From Octopus vulgaris (Eukaryota), in assembly GCA_951406725.2 (NCBI GenBank), contig OX597827.1, forward strand, positions 7,316,001-7,380,000: a stretch of DNA of 64,000 nt, written 5' to 3'. Under the pieces are notes generated by a model. It was not told the origin of the DNA, did no database searches, and was given only the letters and a program-made list of their open reading frames with translations. Position numbers and translations under genes: made by a program. This document shows, one piece after another, positions 55,873 through 64,000 of the stretch. Within the stretch, counting starts at the first letter, position 1; every line of letters starts with the position of its first letter.

Positions 55873-57264
55873 CATGATGATGATGATGATGATGATGATG
55901 ATGGTAGTGGTGGTGATGACGATGATGATAAATAATATATACAAGCAATATGTGTGTTTTTTTTATTGGCAAAATGACCCTCCCAAGCATTTCACATCAA
56001 GAATCTTGTAGAACAAATGCAAAAAACAAAATCTATTCAAATACTGCAAAGAAGCATAATATCAAAAATATAATAATGCAACATGTAAAATAAAATATAA
56101 AATTCACTACTTAATACTAAAATACAACTATGAAATGTGATATAATCAGACGTCCATAGTTTTAATCCATGTAATCAATCTTCACTATCAACAAACATTA
56201 CAAGAAATCCTCAAATTTATGCAGAAAAAAGTAAAATTTTTCAGGAGGAAATGTCTCATTATCCTTATTATTGTTTTTTCATCCATTTTTCAAGCATGCA
56301 ATATGTTAGATTATCTTTTTTTCTTTTTCTTTTTTTTTACCCTGTGATTTCCTCTTTTCCTATTTTCTACTGCATGAAGGAAATGACTAAGGTTCAGTTT
56401 GATGAAGTGGAGTGATCATACACTCTGTTCAACTCATATCAGAATAGAAAAACAAAATTTAGAAAAATGTCTTTAATGATGATAATAAGCAGTTTCCTAA
56501 AAGATCATGTATTTTTGTATTTTATGTATTTTGTATTTTATGTAATTTTTTTTTTAATGTAACATCGAAGAATAATATTCATGCTCTGTGTTTTTATGAC
56601 ATTTGCGTAAAAGAAAACCCTGTACATTTTGGTCACAAATTATTTATTGCCTTTTAAGCAAGTTATATATTATTCAAGATTTATTTTTATGACTAAAAAT
56701 TTAAACTCTATTAGAGATTTGAGAAATCCCACTTGAAAATGTGATTTAAGCAAATATGGTAAATACTGCCTAAAATACCAACTTCTTTTTTTTGCATTAT
56801 ATTGAAACATTCATAGGAATATAACTGATATTTAAGAGAATATTAATGTAAGAAATGTAATAGTATGATGTTAATACAATGATATTACATATAACATTAT
56901 ATAGTACACAGAGAAAAAAAGAGTAATTTCAACAATGTGTGTGTAAGTTTAACTAAAATATATAATTTCTTCTGCTTAAATATCTCTGATGTAACCATCT
57001 CCTCTTATTACTTTAATATGTCTTAATGTGTTTTACATAGGAAATGATGGAGAGGGCACCCTGCCTCTACACTTCTTACTCAGAATTGCATCACTTTGAA
57101 ACACCATTACTTGATGATATTTTAATCTCTGACAACAAATCTACAAGAATTCAGGTGGAATTATTAACTTCTCGCTTACTTAATATTTTTTCCTAAATCA
57201 TTATAAACCTCTACGAATTTAAGCAAAGTATTAACTTTTCTTGTCTATCACTTGTTTTTTTTTT

Positions 57265-57664
57265 CTCTTTTCTCTTTTACTTGTTTCAGTCATTTGACTG
57301 CGGCCATGCTGGAGCACCGCCTTTAGTCGAGCAAATCGACCCCGGGACTTATTCTTTGTAAGCCCAGTACTTATTCTATCGGTCTCTTTTGCCGAACCGC
57401 TTAGTGACGGGGACATAAACACACCAGCATCGGTTGTCAAGCAATGCTAGGGGGACAAACACAGACACACAAACACATACACATATATATATATATACAT
57501 ATATACAACAGGCTTCTTTCAGTTTCCGTCTACCAAATCCACTCACAAGGCATTGGTCGGCCTGGGGCTATAGCAGAAGACACTTGCCCAAGATGCCACG
57601 CAGTGGGACTGAACCTGGAACCATGTGGTTGGTTAGCAAGCTACTTACCACACAGCCACTCCTG
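57265..57664 (-). mobile_element. SINE family A, subfamily A1
   Basis: Near-identical to 4343-4757. Confidence 0.9.
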
Positions 57665-58299
57665 TTTATATATTTCTGATTACAAACTTACAAGAATTTT
57701 AACAGGAGAGCATCTTTTTACTTGTCTATTGCTTGTCTGTATTTTTCTATCTCACTATAAACCAGCAAGAATTTAAATGAGAGAATGAAGAAAGCCTTTT
57801 CTATGGAATATCTTATTCTGTGATATCTTCATGAAAACTAAGGACAAATCTGAAGAAATAAGATGGACATCTGCAGCATTGGGTCACTGAACTGAAAGCC
57901 ATGACAAAATCATTAAAAACTGTGTATAGAGAATGACATTAGTTTGAATAAATTTTCTGGATCTAGCTTAAGAAAAAGATCATATTGGCTATACCATTAT
58001 CAGATTTAATGTCACAATGGCTTAACTGTAGTGTCCATTTAACAGTGGTAATCAGTCTAATATTTTTTGTAAGATTTCCTCCAGCAATGGTGTGAAGGCT
58101 AATAACACGGTAGTGTTAACATGTGTATTCTCCATTTCAAATATCATTATAACAACACTATCTTTCAAATCTACCAGTATATTGCCTTGTGACCAAACAT
58201 GGAGAATGAGGTCATAACTCTTAGCTTGGCTGTAGTTCTACTCCAGTTTCATAAATGGTCTGCCTCTCCAGTGATTACAACAAAAAGTGTTTCACTTGG

Positions 58300-58580
58300 T
58301 ACAATCAACCAAACAGCCTGCTTCTGAAAATTAGCATGCAATTGAATTGGCTGTGTATTCCATAGACATGTATACACACTTAACGTAGTTCTCAGATAGA
58401 TTCATTGTGACACAGAGAGTAGGACAAGGCCGACCCTTTGAATTACCAGTTCAGCTTATTTTTGCCAGCTGAGCGGACTGAAGCAATAAGAAATAAAGTG
58501 TCTTGCTCAAGGACACAGGAACTGAAATTAGGACCTTATGATAGGGAGCCAAATACCCTAACCACTAAGCCATGTGCCTT
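58300..58580 (-). mobile_element. degenerate D/E-type SINE
   Basis: cttaacgtagttctc and gtgacacagagag (D body) joined to gtgtcttgctcaag and ccctaaccactaagccatgtgcct (E-type head). Confidence 0.6.
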
Positions 58581-58782
58581 CTCAGTTCCATGAATTCATC
58601 CAGAAATAAAACATCTGGTGAGGTTTATGTAGCCAAACCTATCAAAATATGTATACATATGAATATTAGAATTTTATTCATCTATAAAGATAAAGGTAAT
58701 AGTCCTGAAAAATTATAATTGTTTGTGTGTGTGTGTGCCTGCATAAACATACACAGAACACATACTTATATGCACAACTCTG

Positions 58783-58832
<50 letters not shown>

Positions 58833-58944
58833 TTAGAGATAAAACCACTATTAGGCAAATCAATTTAATATATATATATATTTATACTATAAAATTAGAT
58901 TTAATCCTAAATCTAATTTTTCCCTGTAAGTTTGGATTTACTCA

Positions 58945-59011
<67 letters not shown>

Positions 59012-59176
59012 GTGTATGTATGTATATATATATATTCAAGAAACTAATTTTTGCTGTAAATAGTTGCAGGAGAATCGTTGTAGCAATGGTTACAGCAGTC
59101 AATAAAGGGTGAAACTGCTACTAATCTCAGTTGTTAGCCATTTTAAACGAATATTAAAGGGACTTTTAAATCACCT

Positions 59177-59212
<36 letters not shown>

Positions 59213-59637
59213 TGTATGCATGTGTGTGTGCGTTTTCAGCAGTTAGAATTATTATAGTCCAGATATTGATTTGTTCCTAGTATGTATGGAGCCTTAAATA
59301 TGGAATCTAATGGATAGTGCTGTTGCTGTTATTGTTACTATTAAAGTTCTTCTTGAACCTTTTTTAATTCAAGACCTATGGAAAAAATATGAGGAAGAAG
59401 TTTAAAGGGCTGACATTCTTAGAAAGAAGGACTGAGCATACTGATTATTGCAGAGCCTGAGGGGTAATGTAGGTGGGGTCTGCTATTGCTGGACCCAATA
59501 AGTGTAATGAGAATAAAAGACAAGGGTTGGAGTGGAATGCTTGAACCCAGCTGGAGCCTAGGTGCAGGGGACATTATACAAGTGGAAATAACAAGGGATA
59601 GGAGACAGAGCACCTGCAGGCTAGATACTAGTGGTGA

Positions 59638-59728
59638 GCCAGAGGGTGGAGGTGGGCCAAAGGTGAGCTAGAGGTGGGCCAAAGGCTGGAGGTGGGTCAG
59701 AGGCTGGAGATGGGTCAGAGGCTGGAGA
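59638..59728. repeat. G-rich ~18-20-bp minisatellite
   Basis: agaggctggag(g/a)tggg(tc/cc)a units, about 4-5 copies. Confidence 0.7.
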
Positions 59729-60077
59729 ATCTGTAAATGAATTTATGTTGATGAATTTAGATTGCCCATTTCTGAATGCAGTCTAGGATGTTGCCAAGTG
59801 TTGCAGACACAAGGTCTCCTTCATGTATGAGCAATACCCCAGTGTAAGCCTGACATGAGTTTGGTTGAGTATCAATAATTATTGGAGGATTATGTATCTC
59901 TTGATTCTGATGAGAAAGAATAGTAATTGAGATGGTGTTTTAGCTATGTTAAAGATGTGCGTGCACTGATATAGATTCTCAGAAATAGTGTGATCTGGTG
60001 TAAGATAAAATATGGAGCCTCAGAAAACAAATGCAAAATTATATATATATGTATGTATGCACATATATATTTATATG

Positions 60078-60116
<39 letters not shown>

Positions 60117-60747
60117 ATATATGTTACACACACACACACACATATATATGTATATGAAGTTTGCTTCTCAACCAGATGATTTCATTTCATTCCCACTGCA
60201 TGGCACCTTGCGAAAAATTTCTTCTACTATATCCAAGAGACTTGCCCAAGGTGTCATATTGTGGGACTGGTTGGGCAGCAAACTTCATACCACACAGCCA
60301 TTCCTGCATCTGTGCATCAGCAGCAACTGATCCATTTGAAATTAAGAATCTGATAATAAATTCATTTGTCAAGAAGAGTATAGAACATTCTGAGAACACT
60401 AGTCATTTCTCTGAGAGGGAGAAAGAGAGAATGAAAATGGTGTTACTGCTTGGAATGTGGACAACCTTAACTATAGTATTCCTGTGTCTCTCACTAACCA
60501 GTCTTATTGTTGTAAGTAGTTTACTTTGTTTTAACCAGCTTGGGTAAGTCCAAGGTGGAGCGCTGCCTTCAGTTATACACTCATAATAAGAACAATGTAT
60601 ACAAATTCATAGCTGCTTTATATAGGTATTTAAGAATTTCCTTTGCAAAAAAAAAAAAAAGAAAACTTTCAGTGAAGAGCTCAATTTTTATGTATGAACA
60701 TATACATACATACATACATACATATATATATATGTATATATATATAC

Positions 60748-60853
<106 letters not shown>

Positions 60854-61437
60854 TTACGTACATATATATTTGTTTGAAGTTGATAATTCGTGCCATCTCT
60901 ACTCAAAATTCCTTGCTGTGTATGAACCTGCTGGCAACAATAAGATAAATACACACTCTCTATCTCTCTCCCTCACATACACACAGACACACACACACTT
61001 TTATGTACGTGAATATGTGTGTGTGTGTGAGTGTATGTATGCATTTATGTAAACATATCTATATTCATTTATACACTTACATACGCAGAAGATTTTACAA
61101 ATGTAATATTTCACCGCAATTTCATGCGTCTTCACTGACTATATATATTTGTGAAGATGTTGCTTTGTCTCTAATAACCACAAAATTTATTGATGTAATG
61201 GTAGTCATGTTCAATACTTAATACGGTGATGACATTAGATATATACCTCTTGTACTGCTATCTCAAAGGAAATGCAAGATCTATAAGCAGTTTGGAACCC
61301 ACCCCCTCAGGGTTTGAAAGATGTAAGAAGTAAGCAACCAATTGAGGTAAGTTTCAGGTGATCAATACTTGTTTCAAATCTTTGAAGGTCAAGTATTGAT
61401 GGGAAAACATCTCCAGGGAGATTATTTCTCTCTCTTT

Positions 61438-61472
<35 letters not shown>

Positions 61473-61489
61473 CACACATGTATATATAC

Positions 61490-61547
<58 letters not shown>

Positions 61548-62289
61548 TTATATATATATATGTATTTATATATATATATATATACATATATATCTACATA
61601 TACATACATATATATATACACACACACATATACATACATATATAGAAATATGCATATATAATATATATATATCTATAGACATACACATATATAGAATTTA
61701 TGCATAAATATATATCTATAATTTAAATATATATATATATATATGTATCTATATATGTGTGTGCATATGTATGTGTATATTTATATATATATATATATAT
61801 ATATATGCATATATGTGTGCGTGGTCATGTGAGTATATGAGTGTGTGTACGAATTGTCTCTTTAAGTGCTGAAGGAGAAAGAAATTGCATAGATATTTAA
61901 ACTACACATACAAGCATTACAAAACATGGTGAATATTATGGCTTAGCCTGAGAGGAAGGAGATATTGTGATAAATTAAGAGAGGCCACTAAAGTGTAGGC
62001 CTAGAGAACAGAGATAGCTAGGCCAATGTACTGAGGCAGTTTTGTAGCATTAATCATTGATTTATGGAGAGACATTGAAGAAAAATTAAACCTCTTTATC
62101 TGAATGGAATTGCGATGCGTTACTCTGCACTGAAGTCAACTTCTTAGACCTCGGTTAGACATTTAAATTACTGATAACTCTTTGGATAAAGTTAATCTTA
62201 GCTTGAACCTTGCATTTACTAGAAGGTTTCTTTTGCATTTTATCTGGCTTTGCTTCATATTAAAAATTGTGCTATCTTAAGAATCATAC

Positions 62290-62424
62290 TGACATGATTA
62301 CTCTAGAATACACACGTGTGTATGTGTATACACACACACACATATATATGTATACTATAAATCTGTGTGTGTATACATAGTATAATATTGATGTATATAT
62401 ATATATATATGCTCTTGTATGTGA

Positions 62425-62474
<50 letters not shown>

Positions 62475-62475
62475 G

Positions 62476-62529
<54 letters not shown>

Positions 62530-63090
62530 CACACAACTATAAAAATTTTATGCAGAGCTAAATTCATACACACACACTTAGAAGTATATAGATACATATG
62601 AGTATGTGTGTGTTAATGTTTGTGCATATACATACATATGCACATACACATACATATATGTATATGTGTGTGTGCATGTGTGTATGTGCATATATATGTA
62701 CTTTTATATATATATATATATATAGATATATATGTGTATATATATATATATGTATATGTCCATCTGACATAACTCTGTGGATAGTGGCGATATTATTCTT
62801 AGTAGTGGTTAATAAATACACACTTCTCCACATTGCTCTTGTCACCTCACATACCTACATACTTATAAACATGCATACATATGTACATAATACATACATG
62901 CATGCATACATACATATGCACATGTACATACATACGTACATACATACATACATACATTCATATACACATGCATACATACATACATACATACATACATACA
63001 TACATACATACATACATACATACATACATACATACATACATACATACATACATACGTACATACATACAGGCATACATACATATATATATA
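62290..63090. repeat. compound (TA)/(TG)/(TACA) microsatellite field
   Basis: Direct reading. Confidence 0.9.
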
Positions 63091-63829
63091 CAGAAACTGC
63101 AAAGACAGATATGCATTTGGGCCAAAAGCGATGCACAAAATAAGTTCAATACTCTCTGGATTTGTCACAGATATGCTTCAATTTTTCTAAAATTGAATAA
63201 AATAAATAAAAATAATGATGACTACACACATACTTGTCCATGATGAACAAAATGAATAATGATAATAACAATAACCTAACATGTAAAATGGCAAATGTTT
63301 TGGTGCATGACTTTTAGCCCACCTTGCACGTACATACACAATTATTTACGTTTCAATATGTGTGTAGACAGTATATATTTCAGTGTGTGCAAACTGTATA
63401 TACTTGCTTTTACAGTGAAGAATTTTTTTTTTTCCACTCCTAAACTATATTGAAATGCGAAGCTGTAGCAGTATAAAATAAAAGCTGGAGATGTTCACGT
63501 TGAAGAGACCATTCCAAAAGTTATTAAAGCCAAAGCTAAGTGATTCTCGCGGGAGAAAAATATATAAAATTTCACCAAAAACATTACTCAGTGGGAATGC
63601 TTTTTCATCAAATCTAAACACCAGAGACAGTCAGGAACAGAAATTTTACAAACAACTCAAATCATAGGAAATATTTTGAATTATTGTACAACAATTGTAG
63701 CAACTGCATGTTGATGTATTGCTGGTTTCTTACTAAGACAATACAAATATTTATTCAAATATTCAATTTGACTTACTTTAGGATACATTAAATTTAACTG
63801 ATCCTAGATGACTTATAGATATACATATA

Positions 63830-63894
<65 letters not shown>

Positions 63895-63968
63895 ATAATA
63901 ATAATAATAATAATAAATAATAATAATAATAATCATGATTGATGAGGATGATGATGATGATGATAATG
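63830..63968. repeat. (TAC)n-(AAT)n-(GAT)n compound microsatellite
   Basis: Direct reading. Confidence 0.95.
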
Positions 63969-64000
63969 AGAATGGTTTCAAATTTTGGCCCAAAGTAAGC

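Noticed and set aside
60155-60302. Apparent hairpin
   Set aside because: Two decayed SINE-A heads in opposite orientation with poor complementarity; already covered by family A.

Overview
AT-rich, non-coding eukaryotic DNA dominated by microsatellites and short interspersed repeats. The repeat landscape looks like an octopus/coleoid genome (inference from memory; not searched). I found no intact host gene. Nearly all ORFs in the track are translations of (TA)n, (TACA)n, (GAT)n, (CCA)n or (AAT)n tracts, or of SINE bodies. Recognisable content: at least five SINE-like families (several with tRNA-like heads and clean 9-14 bp target-site duplications), decayed mariner/Tc1-type transposase and LINE RT fragments, a Tc1/mariner MITE and a probable Helitron remnant. 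The most interesting signal is a set of about five short element families that carry minimal type-I hammerhead-ribozyme (HHR) motifs with varied catalytic cores. Several sit inside (TA)n or (AAT)n tracts, and several are fold-back palindromes that pivot at or near the ribozyme; two of these are enclosed by 12-13 bp TSDs. One family fuses a tRNA-like Pol III head to the HHR. One fold-back holds a 115-bp copy of local DNA from about 3.3 kb upstream between its inverted arms. My interpretation is non-autonomous Penelope-like/retrozyme-type elements. All coordinates and base pairings were read by eye.
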